DNA from: a virus
DNA: 64,000 bases
Virus record (IMG/VR): IMGVR_UViG_3300026488_000022
Location: 16,615 to 80,614 of that record
Reading direction: 5' to 3' (one strand)
Translations under genes and position numbers: made by a program
In this document: positions 37,635 to 46,747 of the stretch, in pieces
Layout: every line of letters begins with the position of its first letter
How positions within the stretch are numbered: position 1 is the first letter of the stretch
Notes under the pieces: model-generated
Told to the model about the DNA's origin: nothing
The model's database searches: none
The model's input: the letters and a program-made list of their open reading frames with translations, nothing else

Positions 37635-37864
37635 ATATTGAGAATATCGGTTTTTTAAAAGTTAGTGATATTAGTTATATTGGTGAAGTTAGTTTAATTG
37701 ATTTTGATGAATATACTAATAAAAATTTGTATGGTTTTGAATTAGTAGTTGGTGGTGAGCTTTTACCTTTAATTTATGAAAACAAAGAAAAAGCGCTAAA
37801 AATTCATAGTGAAATTAAAAAACAACTTTTGATGAGCGCTAAAATAATTAAGTTGGAGGTTTAG
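37622..37864 (+). CDS. Hypothetical protein (small paralog family)
   Basis: Similar architecture to 37865-38110. Confidence 0.6.
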   Translation: MVWLNIENIGFLKVSDISYIGEVSLIDFDEYTNKNLYGFELVVGGELLPLIYENKEKALKIHSEIKKQLLMSAKIIKLEV

Positions 37865-38110
37865 ATGAAAATTTATAAATTAGGTGGGGATGTTTTTGAT
37901 TTATCTAAGATTGAAGTTGTAAGTGAAATTGAACAGGTTGGGCTTGATTATAAATTTAAAGTAATAGTAAATGGAATTACACTTGCTTTTATTGATGATA
38001 ATTTAGAAAAAGTTAAAAAAGAAAGAGAAAAATTAATAAAGGAGTGGAAAAATGAAAACCGCAACAAGCTTGAGTTTTTTAGAAAATCTAAAAAGTACAG
38101 AAATAAGTGA
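37865..38110 (+). CDS. Hypothetical protein (small paralog family)
   Basis: GGAGG RBS. Confidence 0.6.
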   Translation: MKIYKLGGDVFDLSKIEVVSEIEQVGLDYKFKVIVNGITLAFIDDNLEKVKKEREKLIKEWKNENRNKLEFFRKSKKYRNK

Positions 38111-38345
38111 GGAACAAGAAAAACAACTCATAAAATTTTATGAGTTGTTGTTTGAATATGAGAAAGAAATAGATAAATTAAGAGGTGAAAACAACATCTT
38201 GTTTATACAAGAAGAAGATAATGAATTTTTAGCTTATTTTAGCGGTGTCTATTTTTTACCAATAGATAAAGAGAAATTTTTTAGTTTTAGTTCAGATGAT
38301 TTAATTATAATTGGTGAGTTTTTAGAGGAGGCTTTAAATGATTAA
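38052..38345 (+). CDS. Acidic hypothetical protein
   Basis: AAGGAG RBS, E-rich. Confidence 0.6.
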   Translation: MKTATSLSFLENLKSTEISEEQEKQLIKFYELLFEYEKEIDKLRGENNILFIQEEDNEFLAYFSGVYFLPIDKEKFFSFSSDDLIIIGEFLEEALND

Positions 38346-38697
38346 ATTCATAAAACGCTATGTTTGTGATGGGGATTTTAAAGATGATTTTGAAAATAAA
38401 GTGGTTTTTTATCAAGTTTTAGTTAAAAAACAAAAAGGTGGTTTTGCTTGGAATGATATTATAGTTAAAGGTTTTCTTGTATTTTTAAAAGGTGGTAGGT
38501 ATGATAGGCATATAAAAGGAATGTACGAATTGAGCGAGGAAAAATGGCAAGAACTTGAAAACTTATTGTATGATACGGTCGAAAAAATTGATTGTAAAGA
38601 AGAAAGTGAATTTGAAAGTTATGAAAAAGGTTTGGTTGGAATAACTTTACCAGAGCTTCACCAATTTTTAGAAAAAAACGGAAGGAAAGTAAAATGA
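38338..38697 (+). CDS. Hypothetical protein
   Basis: GGAGG RBS. Confidence 0.65.
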   Translation: MIKFIKRYVCDGDFKDDFENKVVFYQVLVKKQKGGFAWNDIIVKGFLVFLKGGRYDRHIKGMYELSEEKWQELENLLYDTVEKIDCKEESEFESYEKGLVGITLPELHQFLEKNGRKVK

Positions 38698-38993
38698 GAA
38701 TTGTTGCCCTTCTTTTCGCTCTTTTTTCGCTATCTTTTAGTTGGGATTTGTTATGTATTGTAGGTAAAAAAGGTAATAAGTGGTATAACGTTGAAGTGCA
38801 AGAAACTTTTCATTGTAGTTATGATGTTTTAGAGAAAAATGCGGTAGAAAAAAGCAAAAAAGGCGATTTGTTTATTTTTAAAATGCCTGATGGTAGGGTT
38901 ATGTATTGTGAAAGCGATTGGGTTTGGAGTTTTAGAAATTTTGTTATTTTTGGGCGTGATAATTTTAACGAAAAGTTTTGCGAGGAAAAATAA
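38694..38993 (+). CDS. Secreted/periplasmic hypothetical protein
   Basis: N-terminal signal peptide MRIVALLFALFSLSFS, four Cys. Confidence 0.6.
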   Translation: MRIVALLFALFSLSFSWDLLCIVGKKGNKWYNVEVQETFHCSYDVLEKNAVEKSKKGDLFIFKMPDGRVMYCESDWVWSFRNFVIFGRDNFNEKFCEEK

Positions 38994-39429
38994 CAAGAAT
39001 TTTTTTGAAATGTTATATTAACATAATGTTTTTACTCTGTATATACTAAGCTAAAAAATAGTAATTGTTAGGTAATAGAAAGTCCGCCGGTTTGTTGAGC
39101 GGTCGGCAATCAAGGACCTCCCCCTTTTTTTGTTTGCTCCAGGTTCTTTCCATTTTGTTTTTATTTGGTGACAAACACTGATTTTTTACTTAACATAATG
39201 CATATTCTCTTGGAGAAAAAGCATTGTTTTCTTAAAGAAAATTTAAGTAGAAATAACGATTTTAAGTTTTGTTTAAGCTATTTATAAAAAGTTTTTTATT
39301 ACTTGGAGGTGATTTTTGCTAAAAACACAAAATAAGTAGGTAGTTTATATAATAAGCGACAGGCACGATTTTTCGGTCAGTTTGTGTTCAAAAGGGTAGC
39401 GTTCTACAATAAAGGTGCAAAAAATGGTG

Positions 39430-39450
39430 CGTTTAGTAGGTCACATTGTA
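39430..39450. repeat. 21 bp inverted repeat arm (partner at 41461-41481)
   Basis: cgtttagtaggtcacattgta vs reverse complement cgtttagtagggcatattgta (19/21). Confidence 0.75.
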
Positions 39451-39505
39451 GCTTATATTTTCATTGCAAGTAGCTTATATTTTCATTGCAAGTAGCTTAT
39501 ATTTT
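39448..39505. repeat. 22 bp tandem repeat x2.6 (iteron-like)
   Basis: gtagcttatattttcattgcaa at 39448 and 39470, partial at 39492. Confidence 0.9.
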
Positions 39506-39580
39506 TTGTTTTAAAAAAATTATATCTTATAGTCTCTGGCACTAACTTGATTAAAAATAGAGAGAGAAAGGGGAGGAGAT

Positions 39581-39907
39581 TTAATATTCGTTTTTTATTT
39601 TTAATTTTTTTATAAAATTAAGCCATCTTTTTTCTTTTATTTCTTTAAATTCACCTTTATCATACCAATACCATTTTTTAAGCTTCCTGTTATAGAAAGC
39701 TTTTTCATTTAAAATTAAAAATTTTTCAATATCTTTCCACAAATATTTTGGGAGATGGTCGTCAGCTGCCCATCTCCCATTGTTATACAAAAAAATGTTT
39801 CCTCCTTTACTAAAAGAAGGTCCTTCAAATACATACCATACTCTTCCCATTTTATCGTTGTCTATTTTCCACTTATACTTTCTCAGCTCAATTTGTATGT
39901 TTAACAT
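39581..39907 (-). CDS. Early hypothetical protein
   Basis: W/K-rich ORF with AAGGAG RBS. Confidence 0.65.
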   Translation of the reverse strand: MLNIQIELRKYKWKIDNDKMGRVWYVFEGPSFSKGGNIFLYNNGRWAADDHLPKYLWKDIEKFLILNEKAFYNRKLKKWYWYDKGEFKEIKEKRWLNFIKKLKIKNEY

Positions 39908-39923
39908 TTTTTCTCCTTTTTAG

Positions 39924-40331
39924 TTAATTAATTCTGTAAATAAAAAATATTTTATCATCTACTATAAATTCTCTTTCTTCGCTGTCATAAGGAGCAAGGA
40001 TACTCCCTGCTCCGTCTGACAGCAAAACATCCTCAATCCAGGCCTCTACATCTATGTAATATTGTAGAGGCTCTGGGACTTCTGGAGCATAACACTCTTC
40101 ATAAATTTCAGATAGTTTGTCTTTCGCAAACTCTTTAACAGCATCATAATTATCAAAAATTAGAAATTGACGACAACTGCAATCAGTGAAGAGATAATTA
40201 CTTTTTTCATAAAATCTACAATTTTTTATTTCTTTTGTAGGTATTTCAAAAACTTTTGCTAAATTTTTTAAATCTTCTCTACTTTTAATGTTAAAAAACT
40301 CTATAATTTCTTTAAAAGTTAATTCTTTCAT
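39924..40331 (-). CDS. ArdA-like acidic protein (candidate anti-restriction DNA mimic)
   Basis: EVPEPLQYYIDVEAWIED resembles the ArdA C-terminal EIP..L..YIDYEA motif. Acidic, in an early operon. Confidence 0.5.
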   Translation of the reverse strand: MKELTFKEIIEFFNIKSREDLKNLAKVFEIPTKEIKNCRFYEKSNYLFTDCSCRQFLIFDNYDAVKEFAKDKLSEIYEECYAPEVPEPLQYYIDVEAWIEDVLLSDGAGSILAPYDSEEREFIVDDKIFFIYRIN

Positions 40332-40627
40332 TTTATTCCTCCTCTTTTTGTTTTTAATTTTTCATCAATTTTTTCTATTTTTTCTTTAGTATTCTCTACA
40401 TATTCGACAATTTTAGCTAAAATTTTTTCAAGCTCTTCAATCTCCTCAATTTTAACAAATAATTTTCCTGAATTCACGTCATAATAAACGTGAGGAAAAT
40501 CATTATAATCAATTTTTGCAATAACCTCGTCAGCACCTGCTCTTCTTATAATGAATTCATCAGTAAATTCATTGTAAGTTACATTTAGAGATTTTAAAAA
40601 TTTATTTAATTTTACTTCAAATTTCAT
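40328..40627 (-). CDS. Early hypothetical protein
   Basis: ORF with AAGGAG RBS. Confidence 0.65.
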   Translation of the reverse strand: MKFEVKLNKFLKSLNVTYNEFTDEFIIRRAGADEVIAKIDYNDFPHVYYDVNSGKLFVKIEEIEELEKILAKIVEYVENTKEKIEKIDEKLKTKRGGIK

Positions 40628-40657
40628 TTTCGCTCCTTTTGTTTTTTAATTTTTAGC

Positions 40658-40706
40658 CTCTCAGCTTATATAAACAGACACTCCATCTGTTTATATAAGC
40701 TGAGAG
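40658..40706. other. Perfect 21 bp-stem hairpin between early genes
   Basis: ctctcagcttatataaacaga-cactcca-tctgtttatataagctgagag. Confidence 0.85.
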
Positions 40707-40716
40707 AAGAAGAGTG

Positions 40717-40980
40717 TTATTTAAAACACTCTTCTTCTTCCCTTAATCTTTCTTTATACCACGAAACCCATTTTTGTGGGTTTCTTGGAGCTATTACCCA
40801 GCTCCAATTATATTCTACTACTACATCCCCATCTCTTTCAAAAGGGGTAGCAAATTCAACTGCCACCCAGTCATTAATTATCTCAATAGAGCGGAAAATT
40901 TCCGCTCCTTCTATTTTATTTTTTACTTTTCTCATTTCTTTTAATATTTTTTTAGCTTCTTTTAGTGTTATTTCTTTCAT
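40717..40980 (-). CDS. Early hypothetical protein
   Basis: First gene after a cassette-type promoter. Confidence 0.7.
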   Translation of the reverse strand: MKEITLKEAKKILKEMRKVKNKIEGAEIFRSIEIINDWVAVEFATPFERDGDVVVEYNWSWVIAPRNPQKWVSWYKERLREEEECFK

Positions 40981-41019
40981 TTTCGCTCCTTTTGTTTTTG
41001 TTTTTGTTTTACACTTAGA

Positions 41020-41059
41020 ATTATAAAATATTTTTTACTTTATGTCAAGAGTTTTTTAC
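41020..41059 (-). promoter_or_regulatory. Cassette-type sigma70 promoter (promoter-only repeat copy)
   Basis: TTGACA(41048-41043)-17-TATAAT(41025-41020), same flanks as copy E. Confidence 0.9.
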
Positions 41060-41209
41060 CTTTTTTCAAAAATTTTTAAAAAATTTGTTTGCTTATAAAT
41101 TGTATATACATTATATATAAAAAATAGCTCCAAAAAATTTAAGTGCTAAACACCAAAAATTTTGTATTACTAATTTTTGTAAAATAATCAAATTTTATTC
41201 AATAATATA

Positions 41210-41301
41210 CTATTACCGGTTTTTCAGCAGATTTTGAAAAGTTTATTTCTAATTTCTATTACTGGTTTTTCAGCAGATTTTGAAAAGTTTATTTCTAATT
41301 C
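41210..41301. repeat. 46 bp tandem duplication
   Basis: ctattac(c/t)ggtttttcagcagattttgaaaagtttatttctaatt at 41210 and 41256. Confidence 0.9.
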
Positions 41302-41460
41302 CCTAAATTTCGGGAAGTTTAAATTTTCAATCTCTTGTAAATTGTGCCAAATTTGTTTTTATAAAGCTTTTATTTGTCTTTTAATTTTTATCAAAAATTG
41401 TTAATAAGTTAGAGAAAATTTTAATTTTAGAGCTTTTTGTTCTAAGATAAAAAAGATATT

Positions 41461-41481
41461 TACAATATGCCCTACTAAACG
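41461..41481. repeat. 21 bp inverted repeat arm (partner at 39430-39450)
   Basis: tacaatatgccctactaaacg. Confidence 0.75.
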
Positions 41482-41727
41482 TATTTTTTTATATTTCTTA
41501 TTAATTATTTTATAACTAAATTTTTGTTTCATAGAGATTTCTTTTTAAAAATATAAAATTTAATCTTAAAAAGAAATATTAATTTAAAAGATAAATTTAT
41601 AACATAAATCAATCTTATGTTTTATTTTTCTATATTTTAAAATTTTATTTTATTTTAAAATAAAATAATAAAAGATAATGAAGTAACAAGAGGGAAAGAA
41701 AAAGAAATTTAATTTTTATATTTTATT

Positions 41728-43098
41728 TTAAGAAGAACTTTTTAAGGGATTTTTAGTAATTACTAAATCCTCAAAATTATCTGCTTTATCTTTATCAACT
41801 CTAAACTCTTTAAATCTTGGAAAGTCCATAACTAATTGCTTTTCTTTATCTGCATTTATTATACAATATAAATCTGTATAATAAATTTCTACAAGTTTTC
41901 CAATTAATTTGTTTCCGTCAAGTTCTCTAATTTCATCAGTTAATCCGCTTCCTACTTTGATTTCAAATTTTTTATCTTCTGTTTGGCAAATAAATCCACC
42001 TATTTTACCTTTATATTTTCCTTCACCTTCAAACCAATCTACAATTTTTAAAGTGCAACTTTCAAGTCCTTTATATTTAATCCATTTTTTACTTCTTTTT
42101 TTCTCATAAACTCCACTTAAATCTTTAAGCATAATCCCTTCACCATTTTTATTTCTAATTTCATCAAAAAAATCTTTAACTTGTTTAAAGTTGTCACACA
42201 CAAATTGCTCAACTAATTTAATAAAATTTTTATCGTTTGAATTTTTGACCCCCCTTAAATTTTGACCCCCCTTAAATTTTGACCCCCCTAAAATACGCTC
42301 AAGTCTAACCCGCCTATCTTTCAAGGGCGGACAGTAGGATTTAAGATTATTCCACTCTCTAATTGTGAGATAATCAAAACAATAAAAACTAAGCTCTTGT
42401 TTTTCTTGTTCTGTTGCAGTTTCTTTTAACACTTTATTAACTAAACCGCTTGTTTCTTGTCTTGTGTTTGCAAGTAACTCACCGTCATAATAGCCGTCAG
42501 GTTTATTTTTTAATTCATCAAAAATGTGTGGTAAATTCAAAACACTACCGTTATAAGTAACTGCATTTATTTCATTTTTGTTTTTATAAATAAGACATCT
42601 TACACCGTCTAATTTTTCTTCTACTGCAACAGGAAATTTAATCTCATTAATATCAATTTTATTTAAATCATATGCTTTCATAATTGTTGTATCAGGGATA
42701 AATTCATAACCTAATGCCTCATTTATTAATTTAACTTTAACTCCAATTTTTAATTTTTTAGTTAAAATATCTTGATAATATTTACCTTCTATCCCACAAT
42801 TAGACAAAAAACTAATTACTTTAGTTTCAATTTCTTTGCTTTTACCTTTTACTTTACTGATATTATCTATTACATTTAAAAAAACTTTTGGAGGCATAAT
42901 GAAGCCTCCGTGTTTATAAGAAATTTCTGGTAGTTTTTTTATATGTGTATTTATAAAAGGATTAATAAGAATGTTTAACAAATCAAGAAAATAAGGATAC
43001 TCCTTATTTTCTCTAATAATTTCTATTTTTTTATTTTTAGATTGTGTCATTAAGAGTTTGTTAAAACCTTCTATCCATTTAAAATTTTCTTTTTTCAT
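41728..43098 (-). CDS. lig: ATP-dependent DNA ligase
   Basis: EEKLDGVR motif I, DGELL, EGIMLK, KVGSGLTD, FPRF. Confidence 0.95.
   Translation of the reverse strand: MKKENFKWIEGFNKLLMTQSKNKKIEIIRENKEYPYFLDLLNILINPFINTHIKKLPEISYKHGGFIMPPKVFLNVIDNISKVKGKSKEIETKVISFLSNCGIEGKYYQDILTKKLKIGVKVKLINEALGYEFIPDTTIMKAYDLNKIDINEIKFPVAVEEKLDGVRCLIYKNKNEINAVTYNGSVLNLPHIFDELKNKPDGYYDGELLANTRQETSGLVNKVLKETATEQEKQELSFYCFDYLTIREWNNLKSYCPPLKDRRVRLERILGGSKFKGGQNLRGVKNSNDKNFIKLVEQFVCDNFKQVKDFFDEIRNKNGEGIMLKDLSGVYEKKRSKKWIKYKGLESCTLKIVDWFEGEGKYKGKIGGFICQTEDKKFEIKVGSGLTDEIRELDGNKLIGKLVEIYYTDLYCIINADKEKQLVMDFPRFKEFRVDKDKADNFEDLVITKNPLKSSS
42243..42293. repeat. 17 bp x3 tandem repeat within the ligase gene
   Basis: ttttgaccccccttaaa at 42243 and 42260, with a near-identical third copy at 42277. 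Confidence 0.92.
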
Positions 43099-43101
43099 TT
43101 T

Positions 43102-43365
43102 TTACTTCTCCTTACAGATTTCTCTTAAAAAGCCTAACAACTCATAGCTACCAAGCTCTTCTACAAAATCACTCCAATATAGTTTAAACTCACCTAAAAA
43201 CATTACGTCTTCTTCTAAATGATTATTATTCATATATGTTATTGGGTAACCGTAACTAATTGTAATATACATTTTTTCACCATTTAAAAATTCCTCTATA
43301 ACTTCTCTGGCATTTTCATAAATTTTATCATAAGCTTCATCAAAGTCTTTGGCATTAATCCACAT
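43102..43365 (-). CDS. Acidic hypothetical protein
   Basis: ORF with RBS. Confidence 0.6.
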   Translation of the reverse strand: MWINAKDFDEAYDKIYENAREVIEEFLNGEKMYITISYGYPITYMNNNHLEEDVMFLGEFKLYWSDFVEELGSYELLGFLREICKEK

Positions 43366-43367
43366 TT

Positions 43368-43670
43368 TTAAACTCCTCTTTTTATAGTCTCCTTTAATTC
43401 ATTTAAAATTTTTTTTAATTTACTTACTTCATTTTCACAAAACTCTTTAAAATTTTTAATTTTTTCTTTAATTTCTCCTTCATCTGCACCATAAAATACA
43501 ACTATGTTTTTATTGTTCCAATAATCTGCATTATCAAACCCAAAACTGTCAGGGACATCAATTTCTTTTTTAATTGAATGTCTTTCTTCGCTAAGATAAA
43601 ATTCTATTTTATGCCCCCTCATATTTAAAATATGAGGGTTAATATCTTTTGTTAAAAATGTTACTTTCAT
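43368..43670 (-). CDS. Hypothetical protein
   Basis: ORF with RBS. Confidence 0.6.
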   Translation of the reverse strand: MKVTFLTKDINPHILNMRGHKIEFYLSEERHSIKKEIDVPDSFGFDNADYWNNKNIVVFYGADEGEIKEKIKNFKEFCENEVSKLKKILNELKETIKRGV

Positions 43671-43680
43671 TATACTTCCT

Positions 43681-44274
43681 TTAATTTACTTCAAATAAAT
43701 ATAGCAAAATCGGATTAGACCAAGAGCCTTCTTCTTCTGATAAAAAGAAAAATTTATTCCCTTTTTTTATTAATGTAATATCTTTTCTTGCAAAATATTT
43801 GTTTAGCAATCTGTGCAAGATTACAGTTTCTTTTTCTTTTAGATTGCAGTGATACTCCACGAGAGTATCATCCCACTGATATGCTCTTTTGTATTTTTTC
43901 ACTTTTTTAAGTCTAAAAGATGTAATATTTCTTTTTAACAATTCATTTAATAGTTCTATCTCGTTAATTGTATGATTAATATCTTCTACAATTAGCCCAC
44001 GTTGATTATCATTGTAATCAACATTTCTTTTACATCTTTCACATTCCTCTGTGTATGCACCAAATGCCTCTTCACACTCTTCATAAGTGTAAAGAGGGTC
44101 ATACGCTTCATACTCCTCTTCAAGATATTTAAGAGCTTCTTGGAGGTCTTTAATTTTTCTTCTAATTAAATTTTTATTTATAACTACCTCTTCTTTTTCT
44201 TCTTTTTTTAAAGGGATTTCTAATCTATAATTATCATAAAGTTCTTTAAAGTTGATTTTAGTTAAAATATCCAT
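43681..44274 (-). CDS. Hypothetical early protein (true start likely MDILTK at 44274)
   Basis: AAGGAG RBS precedes the ATG at 44274. The longer ORF-track start lies inside the promoter. Confidence 0.7.
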   Translation of the reverse strand: MDILTKINFKELYDNYRLEIPLKKEEKEEVVINKNLIRRKIKDLQEALKYLEEEYEAYDPLYTYEECEEAFGAYTEECERCKRNVDYNDNQRGLIVEDINHTINEIELLNELLKRNITSFRLKKVKKYKRAYQWDDTLVEYHCNLKEKETVILHRLLNKYFARKDITLIKKGNKFFFLSEEEGSWSNPILLYLFEVN

Positions 44275-44313
44275 ATTTTCTCCTTTGTTTTTTGTTTTTG
44301 TTTTACACTTAGA

Positions 44314-44353
44314 ATTATAAAACATTTTTTACTTTATGTCAAGAGTTTTTTAC
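44314..44353 (-). promoter_or_regulatory. Cassette-type sigma70 promoter (promoter-only repeat copy)
   Basis: TTGACA(44342-44337)-17-TATAAT(44319-44314). Confidence 0.9.
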
Positions 44354-44433
44354 AAAAAATAAAAAATTCTTTGAAATTACAAAAGAAAAGAGGTTTTTGT
44401 AGATTTGTTTTTAACTAATTTTAATATTAAAAG

Positions 44434-45321
44434 CTAAGAATAAAGAAGTTGTAAGAAATCGTTGAAGTCTTTTTGTCTGCTATTATAATACTCTTTTATA
44501 AGAGGTTTTTTAGAGCTAATTGCAAGTTTTAAATCAAACCAATTTTTTAAATCTGATTTAAAAAATTTTCTAATCGCCTCTTGTCCTCTTTTATCATTAT
44601 CAAGCATAATATAAATTGTATCTATACCTTTTTTTAAAAGATAACTGATTTTATAAGAATTAAAATTAACTGCCAAACCAAAATTTGCAATAGCTTGAAT
44701 ATTTAATTGATAAAGACTTAAAGCGTCCATAATGCCCTCAACAAGATAAATTTCATTTTGATTTAAGTCAATTCTAGGGTAAATTAAACTTTTTAAATCC
44801 AAGCCTTTTGCATATAAATATTTTGGCTCTAAATTTTTATCATAAGCTCTTGTATTATAGCCTATACAAATATTTTCATCATTATAAAAAGGAAAAATAA
44901 CCCTGTCTTTATATAAACCTCTTCTGCAAACATAAAGGTCATATTTTTTAATTGTCTGAAAATTTAACCCCCGCCATTTTTTAGGTAACTCTTCATTTCT
45001 TGGAGGTAAAACAAAAGACTTTGTTTTTATTTGTTCTTGGTTTGTTAATTGTTGTAAAAGATTGTTGTATTTAGTTTGTTGTTGAATTTCATAGAGTTCT
45101 TCGTCGGAGAAATTAACATTATCTAACCAAAAGTTTTTATTAACTTTGTAACCGCAACCAAAACACTCACCAAAACCCGTTTCAAAATTAATCCACATAC
45201 TTTCGTGTTTATCATCGTGTTCTGGGTTTAAGCAATTAACAAGGAAAAAATTATCCCCTGTTTGTTTATAATTAACTTTTAATTGTTTGAGTTTATTAAT
45301 TATTAATAATTTTAAATTCAT
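44434..45321 (-). CDS. DNA primase (CHC2 zinc finger + TOPRIM)
   Basis: CLNPEH...CFGCG, PKYL, VEGIMDALS, MLDND. Confidence 0.92.
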   Translation of the reverse strand: MNLKLLIINKLKQLKVNYKQTGDNFFLVNCLNPEHDDKHESMWINFETGFGECFGCGYKVNKNFWLDNVNFSDEELYEIQQQTKYNNLLQQLTNQEQIKTKSFVLPPRNEELPKKWRGLNFQTIKKYDLYVCRRGLYKDRVIFPFYNDENICIGYNTRAYDKNLEPKYLYAKGLDLKSLIYPRIDLNQNEIYLVEGIMDALSLYQLNIQAIANFGLAVNFNSYKISYLLKKGIDTIYIMLDNDKRGQEAIRKFFKSDLKNWFDLKLAISSKKPLIKEYYNSRQKDFNDFLQLLYS

Positions 45322-45799
45322 TGTTAAATCTTTCGATTATTTCTGGCGTATTTTCTTTTCTTAATTGAATATCAAATATTTCCAAATTAATTGTTTGAGT
45401 ATCCAAAAAGACCTTATAATAATTAAATTTTTTTTGAATGTCTTTATCTTTTAAGAGGAAATGTATTTTTTTATAGGTATCTTTTAGCATAGGCTTGACA
45501 TTATATATAGTATCAAACCAAAAATAATAAAGAGCATATTTAATAATATGCTGTCCTATTTTTTTAAGTTTTGATTGATTATTGCTTGTAGCCTCATAAA
45601 TAAAAACCAAATTCCCCTTTGCTAAATGTAATAGCATATCATCTGGTACATTTAATAAAAATTTTTTGTATGCTTTTTGTTCAAATAAAGAAGATTGTAA
45701 TCTACAAAAAGAAATATTGGAAATTGGATTTATAAAAATATGTCTATGCTGAAAAGCCTCTAACCCTGCTGTTAAATTAACATATTCTTTTACTATCAT
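45296..45799 (-). CDS. Hypothetical phage protein
   Basis: 167 aa ORF with RBS. Confidence 0.65.
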   Translation of the reverse strand: MIVKEYVNLTAGLEAFQHRHIFINPISNISFCRLQSSLFEQKAYKKFLLNVPDDMLLHLAKGNLVFIYEATSNNQSKLKKIGQHIIKYALYYFWFDTIYNVKPMLKDTYKKIHFLLKDKDIQKKFNYYKVFLDTQTINLEIFDIQLRKENTPEIIERFNNEFKIINN

Positions 45800-46008
45800 T
45801 TTTTATCCTTTTATTTTATATTTTGAATTTATTTAATTATTGTTTAGTAATTTACTTCATCATTGCCACATTGCTAATAAAATTTGTTTAATTGCTATTT
45901 TTAATTATTATATTATAAAATACTTATTAACATAAAATCAAAAACTTTTATTCTTCTCTAAATTAAAATAATTAAAAAGCTTTAAAAACTTAAATATTAT
46001 AATTTATT

Positions 46009-46305
46009 TTAATTTTCTATTAATTGAATATGCAGATTGTTTTTCGCCAAAAGTCCTTTTCTTTTTGCCTTAAAAGTAAAAAATCCTTCAATTTTATTAA
46101 ATAAGAGATTGTATAAATCATTAATATTTGAGTTTATCTCAGCTGTTTCAATATATTTATCAATTATACAAAAAATACCTTCTGCTTTATTTTCAATTTC
46201 TTCTTCAGTATTTCCTTTTACTTTGACATATACTTCAAATTTTGAAGTATCTTTATTGATAAAAGAAACAGGAATTTTAAATTCCCTGTAAATTGTTTTA
46301 ATCAT
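46009..46305 (-). CDS. Hypothetical protein
   Basis: ORF with AAGGAG RBS. Confidence 0.6.
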   Translation of the reverse strand: MIKTIYREFKIPVSFINKDTSKFEVYVKVKGNTEEEIENKAEGIFCIIDKYIETAEINSNINDLYNLLFNKIEGFFTFKAKRKGLLAKNNLHIQLIEN

Positions 46306-46318
46306 TTTTATCTCCTTG

Positions 46319-46747
46319 TTAATGTGAATTTACTTCTATCGTAGGTAATGGTACTTGTGTTGTAACTTTTGTTTCTACTATAGGTATAATAGTTTGAGGT
46401 CTAAAATTAACTTTGTAATAATAAGCAGGAACATTTATCTCTTTTAATTGTTCAACAAAATAAGCTGTGTTATCTGATAATCCAAAATATTCTTTAATGT
46501 AAGAGTTGTCTCCAACTTTACAAGTTACTTCTAATTGATTATCATATTTATCGTACTCTATACTACAAAACCCTTTTATCTCAAGTAAATATTTATCAGT
46601 TATACCATTAAAAAACACAATCCGTCTTAACACCTTAAAATTATCTGCCTCATAGCTAATATTATATGAGGCAGTTGTTGCCTCTCTTGAACAACCTATA
46701 AATAAGGTAGCTATTATTAATCCAAAAATTAAAGTTTTAATTTTCAT
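46319..46747 (-). CDS. Conserved phage lipoprotein
   Basis: Lipobox FIGC, ASYNISYEADNFKVLRRIVFFNGITDKYLL family motif. Confidence 0.75.
   Translation of the reverse strand: MKIKTLIFGLIIATLFIGCSREATTASYNISYEADNFKVLRRIVFFNGITDKYLLEIKGFCSIEYDKYDNQLEVTCKVGDNSYIKEYFGLSDNTAYFVEQLKEINVPAYYYKVNFRPQTIIPIVETKVTTQVPLPTIEVNSH

Noticed and set aside
39081-39125. GC-rich patch as tRNA or riboswitch
   Set aside because: Only weak pairing, with no tRNA arms or recognisable aptamer. No tRNA or rRNA genes were found in the window.
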